Shown here: positions 25,648-34,339 of the stretch, in pieces
Numbering within the stretch: the stretch's first letter is position 1
Layout: every line of letters starts with the position of its first letter
From: Candidatus Nomurabacteria bacterium
Lineage (GTDB): Bacteria > Patescibacteriota > Minisyncoccia > Phycocordibacterales > UBA918
Assembly (NCBI GenBank): GCA_020632135.1
Contig: JACKGC010000001.1
Location: forward strand, 180,241-244,240
Reading direction: 5' to 3'
DNA: 64,000 nucleotides
Translations under genes and position numbers: made by a program
The notes under the pieces: model-generated
Databases searched by the model: none
The model's input: the letters and a program-made list of their open reading frames with translations, nothing else
Told to the model about the DNA's origin: nothing

Positions 25648-26250
25648 TTACTTACACTTCTTATAGGCTTCCTCTATTACTTGGTCAAACGCTGCTGTAG
25701 CAGCATTGATGTCGCCGGTATTGTCGATCACGATGTCAGCGATCGGCTTGGCCTGAACCTCAATTAAGTACCGCTCATGACGCGCAGCGAGCTCAGCTGC
25801 GCTCATTGGGGCGCGGGATTCAGCCCGCGCCCGTAACACCTCCCAACCACCCGCCTCAATATACACAATGGTGAGATGTTCGCGTGGCAACAGATCTAGG
25901 AGCTGTTCGACTCCCTGAAGCTCGATCTCAACAATGACCACATCGCACTCCAGTATCCGAGGCAATATCTCGCTCTTGAGTGTGCCATATTTATTGCCAG
26001 CGAACTCCGCCCACTCTAAGAATTCGCCAGCAGCGATCTTTTGTTCGAATTCTGCATTACTGAGAAAATGGTAGTGCTGCCCATCAACCTCACCCGGGCG
26101 CATGGCCCGTGAGGTGCCAGACACGGTCTGTCGGAGCTCTGGATACTTCGCGAGTGCATGTCGCACAATTGTGCCTTTACCACTACCCATCGGGGCCATC
26201 ACGACGATCACGTGCCCGCGTATTTCACCTAAGTCTGTATCCATGACCAA
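25648..26250 (-). CDS. gmk: guanylate kinase
   Basis: MAPMGSGKGT, TSRAMRPGEVDGQHYHF and FLEWAEFAGNKYGT motifs. Confidence 0.85.
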   Translation of the reverse strand: MVMDTDLGEIRGHVIVVMAPMGSGKGTIVRHALAKYPELRQTVSGTSRAMRPGEVDGQHYHFLSNAEFEQKIAAGEFLEWAEFAGNKYGTLKSEILPRILECDVVIVEIELQGVEQLLDLLPREHLTIVYIEAGGWEVLRARAESRAPMSAAELAARHERYLIEVQAKPIADIVIDNTGDINAATAAFDQVIEEAYKKCK

Positions 26251-26497
26251 CTGAGAGTAGCAACTTTTCTACCCCTCTGCAACACATTCGTAACTAAAAA
26301 GAAAAGGCGCTTCACCGGAGGTGGGAAGCGCTTTCCAAAAAGAACTGGACAATATCAAAGTGTGACTACATTCTTGCAAAAACCCCTGAAATGTCAAGGA
26401 CGTAATTCATTGACTCAAGTGCACAACTGTGTTTTTCTGTACCGGCCCGTGCAGTTCGGTACGGGCTCTTGCCCTAACATACCGGAGGTATATAACA

Positions 26498-26728
26498 ATG
26501 GGCGATAAAAATCAAAGTGTACTGACGCTCATACTAGTGACACCAATAATAGTCACAGGCTGCGCGTCAACTTCTGTCACACCGTCACCGGTCTTACCTG
26601 GAACCGCCGTCCCTTTGGAGCGGTCTGTACTACCAGGAGCTGGCCAACGGCAAGATGCACCGACGCTCTGCTCCAAGTGGCCTTGGAGTAGTTCTTGTCG
26701 ACAGTATGCTGCGCCTATGAGGGTGTAG
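26498..26728 (+). CDS. possible small lipoprotein
   Basis: GGAGGT lies 10 nt before the ATG. Lipobox IIVTGC. No convincing plus-strand terminator, and a minus-strand ORF overlaps. Confidence 0.35.
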   Translation: MGDKNQSVLTLILVTPIIVTGCASTSVTPSPVLPGTAVPLERSVLPGAGQRQDAPTLCSKWPWSSSCRQYAAPMRV

Positions 26729-26789
26729 CGCATCGTGGCGACCCTGCTACCGTTTTGGTAGTAGGGTTTTTGTATAGAGAATAAAGAAA

Positions 26790-26814
26790 AGCGCCGCGAT
26801 CTTTGATCGCGGCG
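26790..26814 (-). terminator. terminator GCGCCGCGATC-AAAG-ATCGCGGCGC followed by a U-tract (minus strand)
   Basis: Shares the core CGCGATCTTTGATCGCG with 15146-15170. Confidence 0.7.
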
Positions 26815-26836
26815 CAACTCGTGTGCATCCGACGCT

Positions 26837-27256
26837 TTAACCCGTCTCTGGGCTGCAGCGATGCTCTTTCCCCAGAAACGTCTTTTCAAGATACGTCCCT
26901 TTTTGACACCTGAATGAGGTGTTCTGGTAGAGCTTCGAGAAATGCTTCACCTCAATACATAGCACATCGTCGCTTGCCGTATCGATGCTTGCAGCACACT
27001 TCCACTGGTTCTCAGCACCACTGTCGGTCTTGATGAGACCACCGTAGGTTTTGAGTTCCTTCGTGGTGGCCTGTTTCCAGTTGGCCCGCTGTCGGAGCTT
27101 GACGCTCTGGACGGTGTAGGTTTCGGCTTCTTTGGCTTGCTTCTCATTGAACGCAGCCACAGCCATCACCGGCACCACCGCACAGCCCTGCAGTGCAATA
27201 ATCGCTACTGCCGCAAGCGACATGGGCACTACGATGTTGGGTTTCCTTACTATCAT
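26837..27256 (-). CDS. lipoprotein, function unknown
   Basis: Start at MIVRKPN lies 6 nt after GAGAGGTGA. Lipobox ALQGC. The 252-aa ORF on the track is an upstream extension. Confidence 0.6.
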   Translation of the reverse strand: MIVRKPNIVVPMSLAAVAIIALQGCAVVPVMAVAAFNEKQAKEAETYTVQSVKLRQRANWKQATTKELKTYGGLIKTDSGAENQWKCAASIDTASDDVLCIEVKHFSKLYQNTSFRCQKGTYLEKTFLGKEHRCSPETG

Positions 27257-27385
27257 TCCATCACCTCTCAAACTGTATAGAGCAAAAAATTTGTGGCCAT
27301 GCGGCCATCCGACTGCTAGTAAACACAATATACTCTCCGTAGTCAATGAATCATCCCTGGCACGAGTGTGATATGCTACACGCAC

Positions 27386-28018
27386 ATGAAGAAAAAACAC
27401 ATTATTACCATTTCTGGCAAGCCCGGTAGCGGGAAATCGTCGACCGCTGACAAGGTCGCCGAGCTGCTTGGCTACACCCGCCACTCCTCTGGCGATATGG
27501 TGCGACGTGTCCTCGCAAAGAACCACATGACGCTCGAAGAGTACAACGCAAAAGCACGAACTAACCACGATCTCGACGACCAAGTCGATGAGCAACTTCG
27601 CGCGCTCCGTGACAAGAAAGACATCGTCGTTGATTCCCGCCTCGGATTCTACTGGCTCCCTGAGTCTTTTAAGGTGTATCTGGACCTTGATCTTGAGATC
27701 GCCACAGCCCGCATCTTTAAAGACACGATCAGCAATAGTGCTCGCAGTGCGGTTGGTACCAGCAGCACCTCGCTGACCGATGTGTCACGACAAGTACGTG
27801 AGCGTATGCTGACTGAGCAATCACGTTTTCGAGAGCTTTACGGGGTTGACCCGTATGATAAGAGCCACTTCGACTTGATCATCGACACCTCACGCCAGAA
27901 CCCGCAATCAGTGGCCATCGCCGTTTTTGACACGTATCGTGAGTGGCTTGATGCCGAGGTCTGGGAACAGCAGCACAACCAGGTACCACTTGGGTATTCG
28001 TTTAAGAATCAGTACTGA
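27386..28018 (+). CDS. cytidylate-kinase-like P-loop NMP kinase
   Basis: ITISGKPGSGKSST P-loop and IVVDSRLGFYW. Start taken at MKKKHIITISG. Confidence 0.65.
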   Translation: MKKKHIITISGKPGSGKSSTADKVAELLGYTRHSSGDMVRRVLAKNHMTLEEYNAKARTNHDLDDQVDEQLRALRDKKDIVVDSRLGFYWLPESFKVYLDLDLEIATARIFKDTISNSARSAVGTSSTSLTDVSRQVRERMLTEQSRFRELYGVDPYDKSHFDLIIDTSRQNPQSVAIAVFDTYREWLDAEVWEQQHNQVPLGYSFKNQY

Positions 28019-28026
28019 GTGATCAG

Positions 28027-28060
28027 AAAACGGCCGGCCCCTTTGGGGCCGGCCGTTTTT
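28027..28060. terminator. bidirectional terminator AAAACGGCCGGCCCC-TTTG-GGGCCGGCCGTTTTT
   Basis: GC stem between convergent genes. Confidence 0.85.
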
Positions 28061-28079
28061 ATTTTTCTAAGCAAGAGAA

Positions 28080-29351
28080 TTAATATTCTCGCATCGAGAC
28101 CTGTGCGTCCAGTCGTCGGATGAGGTCCAATACCACCGATACCACAATGAGTACCGCAGTACCACCGATCGCAAGCGCGGTCATACCGGTTGCGATCTGC
28201 ATGCCCACTGGGAGCACCGCGATCACACCGAGGAAGAGCGCGCCTACAAGCGTCAGACGAGTTACCAAGCCACCAAGATACTCAGCAGTGTGGCCACCCG
28301 GGCGAATACCTGGGATGAAACCACCGCTGCGTTGCAGGTTCTTCGCCACTGAGTCTGGGTCGAAAGTCACTGCCGTGTAGAAGTAGGTGAAGAGGAATAC
28401 CAGCACGAAGTACACGCCACCATAGGCCCACTGATTGTTGAGGAAGTTGGTCACCACCTCATTGGCGGTCGCTACCCACGGCAGATTGAAAGCCGTAAGG
28501 ATATTGAGCACCATCTGCGGGAAAAGAATGATCGAGAGTGCGAAGATGATCGGAATCACCCCAGCCTGATTAAGGCGCATTGGGAGGTACGATTGGCTCT
28601 TGCCGTAAGTCGCACCACCGCGGCTCTGCTTGGCGTAGGTGATCGGTACTGGTCGCTCCGCTTCGGTCATCACCACTACCGCGTAGATGATACCAAGTGC
28701 CACAATGGCAAAGCCAAGATAGAGTGGCAACTGTGACGGATCATAACTGAAGTAGAGCTGGCTGATTGTCGATGGCAACGTGGCTACGATACCAGCAAAA
28801 ATGATGATAGAGACACCGTTTCCAATACCATACTCGGTTACTAACTCACCGATCCACATGAGGAGCACTGAGCCAGCGACCACCAAGATGACGTTGACTA
28901 CGAACTCAAACGTAGAGAGTCCGGCCAACACACCTTGGCTCTTGAGCAATGTCAGAAAGCCAAAGCCCTGCAAGATTGCCAGTGGCAACGTCAACATACG
29001 ACTGTACTGAGTAAAGCGTGCACGTCCGGCCTCGCCCTCTTCAGTATAGAGACTCTTAAGCTTTGGTGACATCACCGTCATCAGCTGCATGATGATCGAT
29101 GCTGTAATGAATGGCCCGACACCAAGCATCACAATCGAGAGATTGGCGAGACCACCGCCCGAGAAGATGTTGAGGAGTCCGAGGAACTGGTTGTTCGAGA
29201 AGAACTGTTCCAAGACACCCGCATCAACACCAGGGATCGGGATCGAAGCCAAAGCTCGAAAGATGATAAGTGCGCCCAGTACAAACAAGACGCGATTACG
29301 AATGGCAGGTTCAGTGAAGATGACTTTTAACTTGTGAAGTAGTGTTTGCAT
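28080..29351 (-). CDS. secY: preprotein translocase subunit SecY
   Basis: 423 aa, 10 TM helices, LGVGPFITASIIMQL and RPGxxTAEYL motifs. Confidence 0.95.
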   Translation of the reverse strand: MQTLLHKLKVIFTEPAIRNRVLFVLGALIIFRALASIPIPGVDAGVLEQFFSNNQFLGLLNIFSGGGLANLSIVMLGVGPFITASIIMQLMTVMSPKLKSLYTEEGEAGRARFTQYSRMLTLPLAILQGFGFLTLLKSQGVLAGLSTFEFVVNVILVVAGSVLLMWIGELVTEYGIGNGVSIIIFAGIVATLPSTISQLYFSYDPSQLPLYLGFAIVALGIIYAVVVMTEAERPVPITYAKQSRGGATYGKSQSYLPMRLNQAGVIPIIFALSIILFPQMVLNILTAFNLPWVATANEVVTNFLNNQWAYGGVYFVLVFLFTYFYTAVTFDPDSVAKNLQRSGGFIPGIRPGGHTAEYLGGLVTRLTLVGALFLGVIAVLPVGMQIATGMTALAIGGTAVLIVVSVVLDLIRRLDAQVSMREY

Positions 29352-29368
29352 AAGCCGTATGATACCGC

Positions 29369-29818
29369 TTACTTCACGCTTCCGCCAGCTGCCTCAATCT
29401 TCGTTTTCGCTGACTGCGAGACCTGACAATCTTCAACGACCAGTTTCTTCTTAAGCTCACCGTTACCAAGGATCTTCACCATTGGTGCACGCTTCGCTTT
29501 AGTAGCGATCACACCAGCACCAACAAGTGCCTTTGGGGTCACCGTCGCACCTGCTTCAAACGAAGCTTCAAGGGCTGAAACGTTGACCACCACCGGACGC
29601 TCCTTCTCAGCATTAACGGTACGTGCCCGATTGACACCATGACCACGAAGCTTTGGTAGCTTTTTGATGATATCGCGCATTTCTGGGCGGGTGCTGTTAC
29701 CTGCTCGTGCCTTCTGTCCCTTGTGCCCCTTTCCAGAGGTCTTGCCACGCTTACCACCACGACCGATACGCTTGGCGCTCTTACGTGGTGATGTCGGCTT
29801 TAGTTCATGTAGCTGCAT
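29369..29818 (-). CDS. rplO: 50S ribosomal protein L15
   Basis: LHELKP...KRIGRGGKRGKTSGKGHKGQKAR is uL15. Confidence 0.95.
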   Translation of the reverse strand: MQLHELKPTSPRKSAKRIGRGGKRGKTSGKGHKGQKARAGNSTRPEMRDIIKKLPKLRGHGVNRARTVNAEKERPVVVNVSALEASFEAGATVTPKALVGAGVIATKAKRAPMVKILGNGELKKKLVVEDCQVSQSAKTKIEAAGGSVK

Positions 29819-29821
29819 AGA

Positions 29822-30475
29822 CTAGCGAACATTAAGTTGCTTGAGCGCTTCGACAGCAGCGCGAGCATTGTTAAGTTTGTTCTTTGATCGCGAGAAGATC
29901 TTTGCGGTCACATCTTTAACTCCAGCAAGCTCAAGCACAGTACGTACTGAACTACCCGCCACAAGTCCACGACCTGGTGCTGGCATGATCATCACTTCTG
30001 ATGATGCATACTTCACATGCACGTCATGTGGAATGTGACTATCTTTGTTCATCGGGACGACGATCATGTGCTTCTTAGCATCACGCACCGCCTTTTCGAT
30101 TGCGAGCTGGGTGTCACCGGCCTTGCCGATACCGACACCGACCTTACCCTTCTTATCACCAATGACCATGGCCACTGAGAATGAGAAGCGGCGGCCACCA
30201 GCCATCACACGGGTGACCCGACGAATACTGATGATCTTCTGGTCAAACTCTGGGCGCACGCGCTCAGGACGTCCACCACGACGTGGGCGGCGTCCACCAC
30301 GACGGTCATTATTTCCCCCTCGACGTCCCCCTTGTCCACCTCGGCGGCGCGGTGTGCGCTCCGTGCCTTCGGCAGCTGGTGCATCGGTTGCAGTCTCCTT
30401 TGGAGCTGCTGCTGTAGCTTTTACAGCATCTGACTTCACGTCAGTTGTAGCTTCCTGCTGTTTTGTTTCAGACAT
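29822..30475 (-). CDS. rpsE: 30S ribosomal protein S5 with roughly 85-aa Arg/Gly-rich N-terminal extension
   Basis: Core IISIRRVTRVMAGGRRFSF...VGIGKAGDTQLAIEKA. Start taken at MSETKQQ. No rpmD lies between rpsE and rplO. Confidence 0.9.
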   Translation of the reverse strand: MSETKQQEATTDVKSDAVKATAAAPKETATDAPAAEGTERTPRRRGGQGGRRGGNNDRRGGRRPRRGGRPERVRPEFDQKIISIRRVTRVMAGGRRFSFSVAMVIGDKKGKVGVGIGKAGDTQLAIEKAVRDAKKHMIVVPMNKDSHIPHDVHVKYASSEVMIMPAPGRGLVAGSSVRTVLELAGVKDVTAKIFSRSKNKLNNARAAVEALKQLNVR

Positions 30476-30530
30476 TTTAATTTTCTGTAAGTAAGTAATA
30501 GTGCGGGTATTCATCCTTGAAAGTTCCGCG

Positions 30531-30610
30531 TTCTAAGAAAATATCCCTCGGACATTTTCTTAGAATTAAGTTCGCGCGACCGCATTTTTAAAACGAATGT
30601 TTTAAAAATG
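30531..30610. repeat. two perfect 12-bp-arm AT-rich hairpins in the rplR-rpsE spacer
   Basis: TTCTAAGAAAAT...ATTTTCTTAGAA (30531-30565) and CATTTTTAAAAC-GAAT-GTTTTAAAAATG (30583-30610). Confidence 0.8.
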
Positions 30611-30622
30611 TCTGGCGCTCAC

Positions 30623-30973
30623 TTAAAATGTAAGTCCACCCTCTCGAGCAGCGTCCGCGAGCGCAGCAATAGCTCCCATGTACTGGAAGCCGCCGCGATC
30701 GAAGACCACTTCGGTGACCTGTAGGTCGGCAGCTTTCTTTGCGACAGCAGTTCCAACTGCCTTTGCCGCTTCAAGCTGCGTACCCTTTTCCTTGCGAGAA
30801 TCCGCTGCCGCGAGCGTCTTGTGAGACACATCGTCGATGAGCTGTGCGTACACCGCAGTATTACTCTTGTAGACAGCCAGGCGTGGGCGAGCAGCCGTAC
30901 CAGACACCTTGTGTCGGAGACGGTTGTGTCGCTTCGCGCGTGCAGCCGTCTTTTGTGATGATTTGTTTGTCAT
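30623..30973 (-). CDS. rplR: 50S ribosomal protein L18
   Basis: RAKRHNRLRHKVSGTAARPRLAVYKSN is uL18. Confidence 0.95.
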   Translation of the reverse strand: MTNKSSQKTAARAKRHNRLRHKVSGTAARPRLAVYKSNTAVYAQLIDDVSHKTLAAADSRKEKGTQLEAAKAVGTAVAKKAADLQVTEVVFDRGGFQYMGAIAALADAAREGGLTF

Positions 30974-30991
30974 ACGAATTTACTTAGACGG

Positions 30992-31525
30992 CTAGACTGC
31001 CTTTTTACCTTGTTTTCTAATGATGTATTCTCCTTGGTACCGAATACCCTTACCTTTGTACGGCTCAGGTTTCTTTACCTTACGCACATTGGCAGCAAAC
31101 TGCCCAAGTGCGTCCTTATCAGTACCGGTGAGTTTGATCTCGTTTTTCACCACCTCAGCTGAGATCCCTTCTGGGATCGCGAGTGGCACAGAGTGCGAGA
31201 ATCCCACATTGAGTACGATCTCATTTCCCTTCACCTCAGCGCGGTAACCCACACCCTCGATCTGAAGGATCTTTTCGTACCCCTCAGTAACGCCGGTGAT
31301 CATGTTGCGCAAGTGGGCTGCGTAGGTGCCCCACATAGCTGGTGCTGCTTCTGTCTTGCCTGGCTCGAGTGCTACGGTGTTACCTTCGATCTTGAAGGTA
31401 ACATCAGTCTCACGAACGGGGCGTGAAAGGGTCGCTTTGGGACCTTTCACCGTCAGCACACCATCAGTCAGTGTTACTTCAACACCAGCTGGAATGGTGA
31501 CTGGTTGCTTTCCTAGACGACTCAT
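30992..31525 (-). CDS. rplF: 50S ribosomal protein L6
   Basis: MSRLGKQPVTIPAGVEV...KGPKG is uL6. Confidence 0.95.
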   Translation of the reverse strand: MSRLGKQPVTIPAGVEVTLTDGVLTVKGPKATLSRPVRETDVTFKIEGNTVALEPGKTEAAPAMWGTYAAHLRNMITGVTEGYEKILQIEGVGYRAEVKGNEIVLNVGFSHSVPLAIPEGISAEVVKNEIKLTGTDKDALGQFAANVRKVKKPEPYKGKGIRYQGEYIIRKQGKKAV

Positions 31526-31527
31526 AT

Positions 31528-31923
31528 TTACCAAATGATGAAAAGCTGCTCACCTCCCACCTTCTGCTCCTTGGCTTCATCATTCGTGAGAATGCCAGCT
31601 GGAGTCGAGAGGATCAGGTGTCCCTTTCCAAACTTAACCGGATGTAGATCCGAAACCTTCGTGTAGAGACGTCGACCTGGCTTTGAGATGCGCTTCACAC
31701 CGCTGATGCGAGGTGCGCCGTGCTCGTAGCTGAGTGTCACTTCGAGGGTCTTTTCTTGTACCTCCTTACCCTTTTCTACTACACCAGTGATGTAGCCAGC
31801 TTGGGTGAGCTTATCAAGTACTGCCTTGCGGAGTTTTGAATGGGGAACAGAAACTGTTGCCTTCTTCACTGCGCCGGCATTCTTGAGGCGAATGATGAGA
31901 TCGCCAATAGTATCGCCTACCAT
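31528..31923 (-). CDS. rpsH: 30S ribosomal protein S8
   Basis: Start at [16 protein letters not shown], uS8. The longer ORF on the track is an upstream extension. Confidence 0.93.
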   Translation of the reverse strand: MVGDTIGDLIIRLKNAGAVKKATVSVPHSKLRKAVLDKLTQAGYITGVVEKGKEVQEKTLEVTLSYEHGAPRISGVKRISKPGRRLYTKVSDLHPVKFGKGHLILSTPAGILTNDEAKEQKVGGEQLFIIW

Positions 31924-32102
31924 GATGATTTCCTTACGCCTGGTATATGTCCTTCGTGTGCGAGTTCGCGGAAGCAAATTCGGCACATATCGAAGTCTCG
32001 CATGTAGCCATGTGGACGGCCGCACAATTTGCAGCGTCGGACCACACGCGACTTGAACTTAGGCGGACGAGCCGCCTTTATAATCATTGACTTTTTTGCC
32101 AC
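31917..32102 (-). CDS. rpsN: 30S ribosomal protein S14, zinc-binding type Z
   Basis: GTG start gives (M)[15 protein letters not shown]...[24 protein letters not shown], 61 aa. Confidence 0.9.
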   Translation of the reverse strand: MAKKSMIIKAARPPKFKSRVVRRCKLCGRPHGYMRDFDMCRICFRELAHEGHIPGVRKSSW

Positions 32103-32327
32103 GTGATTTTCTCTTATTCGTTTGTTGAAGCAGTATTGTGAAGACGTCACAACTTACTTCCTGATAATCCAGCCTCAAAACTGAAGCCTTCAACGCCCGA
32201 CCCACCCAAAATGTTGAGAAAAGGAATCGTTCGTCTTGCGCAGTACAATACCAAAACATACAGAAAAGGCAAGGTTTGCAGTGATTGGCGCGGGGCCTTC
32301 GGCCCCGCGCCGCACTCAAACAAACTA

Positions 32328-32355
32328 TTGACATTTTCCTGAAACATGCTATTGT
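32328..32355 (+). promoter_or_regulatory. promoter TTGACA-N16-(TGc)TATTGT for the inserted cassette
   Basis: Consensus -35 and an extended -10. The 16-nt palindrome GCTATTTCGAAATAGC at 32404-32419 lies in the leader. Confidence 0.55.
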
Positions 32356-32453
32356 TTCGCGCAGCTTTGAGTACCTTTGGTCTTTACATATTTTAGGACT
32401 CAAGCTATTTCGAAATAGCAAACTCATACACCGCAACTTACGGAGAAAAATCC

Positions 32454-33461
32454 ATGCGGAAAACCATGATCGGACTGACCGTCGCTACCATCCTTGCTTC
32501 ATCGCAGGCGTACACCAATGTCTTCGCCGGGCAGGAGCGCATCGGATTCAAGCTGGATATCTACCAGCCGTCGCTCTTTGACGAGCAGAAACATGACAAC
32601 TTCAAGGGTAACGTCGACGACAACAGCGGGACAACAAGCCTGGAGGTCTCGTGCTCTGCCGGCAAAAGCATCGCCTGGGGAATGGGCCGGGTCGACGAGA
32701 CGTGCTCGGTCACCGGACACGGCCTCATCAAGAACCCGAACAACCCGTCTCAGACAGCAGAACGTGTCGGCTATCAAGGAGGCTTCAAGATCCAGGCCAA
32801 AGATGACGGCTACACCGACGCCAGCACCATCAAGGCGAACTACGTTCGTGTTGGTGGCGCTGCTGCCGAAAGCAGCTCGTTTTCCGGCCATGCGATGATG
32901 ATGCCCGAAGACCCCTCGCCGACCGCCAAGGCGCTTGGAGCGGCACTGGTACGCAAACTCCACGAGCAAGCTTCCGGAGCAGAAGCAGTACAGTTCGACG
33001 AACAGATCGACTCGATCCGTTTCGAAAACTTTACCGTACCGCACGTTGGACTCGGCAACACCGAATCCTGCAGCTGGACTGGCGACTTCATCTACGCCTA
33101 CGCCAACGACAGCTGGCAGGGCGCATTCGACATCACCTGCGGCAAGCAGAAATATCGTCTCGAAGGCAACATGCCGCTTCGCCCCGTCGACGGCAGCAGT
33201 CAGCAGCAGACCTACAGCGTCAACCTGATCGTTCCCGGCGCTGGTAACGGCGATCCCTTTGCGGCGGCCGATCCGTTCGCCACCGTCGACGGCATCGTGG
33301 GCACGCTCCATCTGGAGAACAGTGGCCGCAAGACCGAGGACGATACATACGAACGTGTAAAGGTCACCGGTGACCTCGTCGGCACCAACCTGCCTCTCGA
33401 GGTCGTCCGCGGCTATGGGCAGATCATGCTCGTCTTCGCACGCACCTTCTTCGGCGCGTAA
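32454..33461 (+). CDS. secreted protein of unknown family (P1), GC3-rich
   Basis: GGAG lies 9 nt before the ATG. Signal peptide MRKTMIGLTVATILASSQAYTNVFA. 335 aa with no recognisable motif. Strong G/C bias at third codon positions. Confidence 0.75.
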   Translation: MRKTMIGLTVATILASSQAYTNVFAGQERIGFKLDIYQPSLFDEQKHDNFKGNVDDNSGTTSLEVSCSAGKSIAWGMGRVDETCSVTGHGLIKNPNNPSQTAERVGYQGGFKIQAKDDGYTDASTIKANYVRVGGAAAESSSFSGHAMMMPEDPSPTAKALGAALVRKLHEQASGAEAVQFDEQIDSIRFENFTVPHVGLGNTESCSWTGDFIYAYANDSWQGAFDITCGKQKYRLEGNMPLRPVDGSSQQQTYSVNLIVPGAGNGDPFAAADPFATVDGIVGTLHLENSGRKTEDDTYERVKVTGDLVGTNLPLEVVRGYGQIMLVFARTFFGA

Positions 33462-33615
33462 TGAGTCCCTGGTGAGGCGCAATGCCTCACCTTCCCCAAG
33501 CCCCGTTCGGTACTAGCCGGCGGGGCTTTTCTTTGTCTGAGTGAATTTAAATATAAAAACCCCGACAAAGTCGGGGTTTGGTTGCAACAACCACTAAACG
33601 TGGTTGCGAGAAAGA

Positions 33616-34176
33616 TCAGCCATCGATGCCGAAGTCGTCGCCGCTAGTGTCACCTACCGCCATACCACGTTGTGCAGTACGACCATTGATGAGGTTCATA
33701 GTCGGAATGGCCATCCAGTTGAAAATGAGCAGCAACAGAAATTGTGTGTTGCTGAACACCTCACTCAGCCAATCAAACAAACCAAAGGCGAGTCCTTCCG
33801 CGAGCATGCCGGCACCAGTCAGGAAGTTGAGCATGACACCGATCGCGAACATGGCGGTAACAATACCTGCTACTACATACATTCGACTAACCTCGACGCT
33901 GTTGTTCTTACCAGGCCAGGAGACTCTGCCCGCTTCAGTCAACAATGCTGCAACGATCATGATCGTGAAGACATCTGACAGTGAAACGGAGTAGTTGCCC
34001 CAGGTTACGGCGCTGTACCACGTGAGTCCACCGATGGCGGTCGTGAAGGCCGACGTGAGCAGGTAGAACATCAGCACATAACCGAAGGCCGGTGCACGTC
34101 TGGCGAAACTTTGAAATTTGCTCGGCCGAACGACATCGGCTGCCACTGCTGCCCCACCATAACGAGACGGATCCAT
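33616..34176 (-). CDS. 4-5 TM membrane protein of unknown family (P2)
   Basis: AAGGAG lies 6 nt before the ATG. 186 aa, hydrophobic. Confidence 0.75.
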   Translation of the reverse strand: MDPSRYGGAAVAADVVRPSKFQSFARRAPAFGYVLMFYLLTSAFTTAIGGLTWYSAVTWGNYSVSLSDVFTIMIVAALLTEAGRVSWPGKNNSVEVSRMYVVAGIVTAMFAIGVMLNFLTGAGMLAEGLAFGLFDWLSEVFSNTQFLLLLIFNWMAIPTMNLINGRTAQRGMAVGDTSGDDFGIDG

Positions 34177-34339
34177 GAGCTTCTCCTTTCTATATCTATG
34201 TAAGTACTAAAAGAACTTCCAAATGGAAGCCTGGTGGTAAATTACACGAAATTGTATTTTGTCAATATTAAAATTGCTTTTTTCTAAAAATATGTTATAG
34301 TCACCATCTAGTTCTTCAACAACATCTTTAGGAGGGAAC

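Noticed and set aside
26837-27595. 252-aa minus ORF overlapping the cmk-like gene start, and the 26512-26889 minus ORF.
   Set aside because: Only the last 139 codons (start 27256, good SD, lipobox) look real. The rest is antisense or intergenic read-through with a non-protein-like sequence.
32494-33482. Several long overlapping ORFs on both strands (32494-32898 +, 32499-33482 -, 32935-33228 +, and others) across the P1 gene.
   Set aside because: They are typical shadow ORFs of GC3-rich coding DNA. Only the 32454-33461 frame has an SD, a signal peptide and a protein-like sequence.
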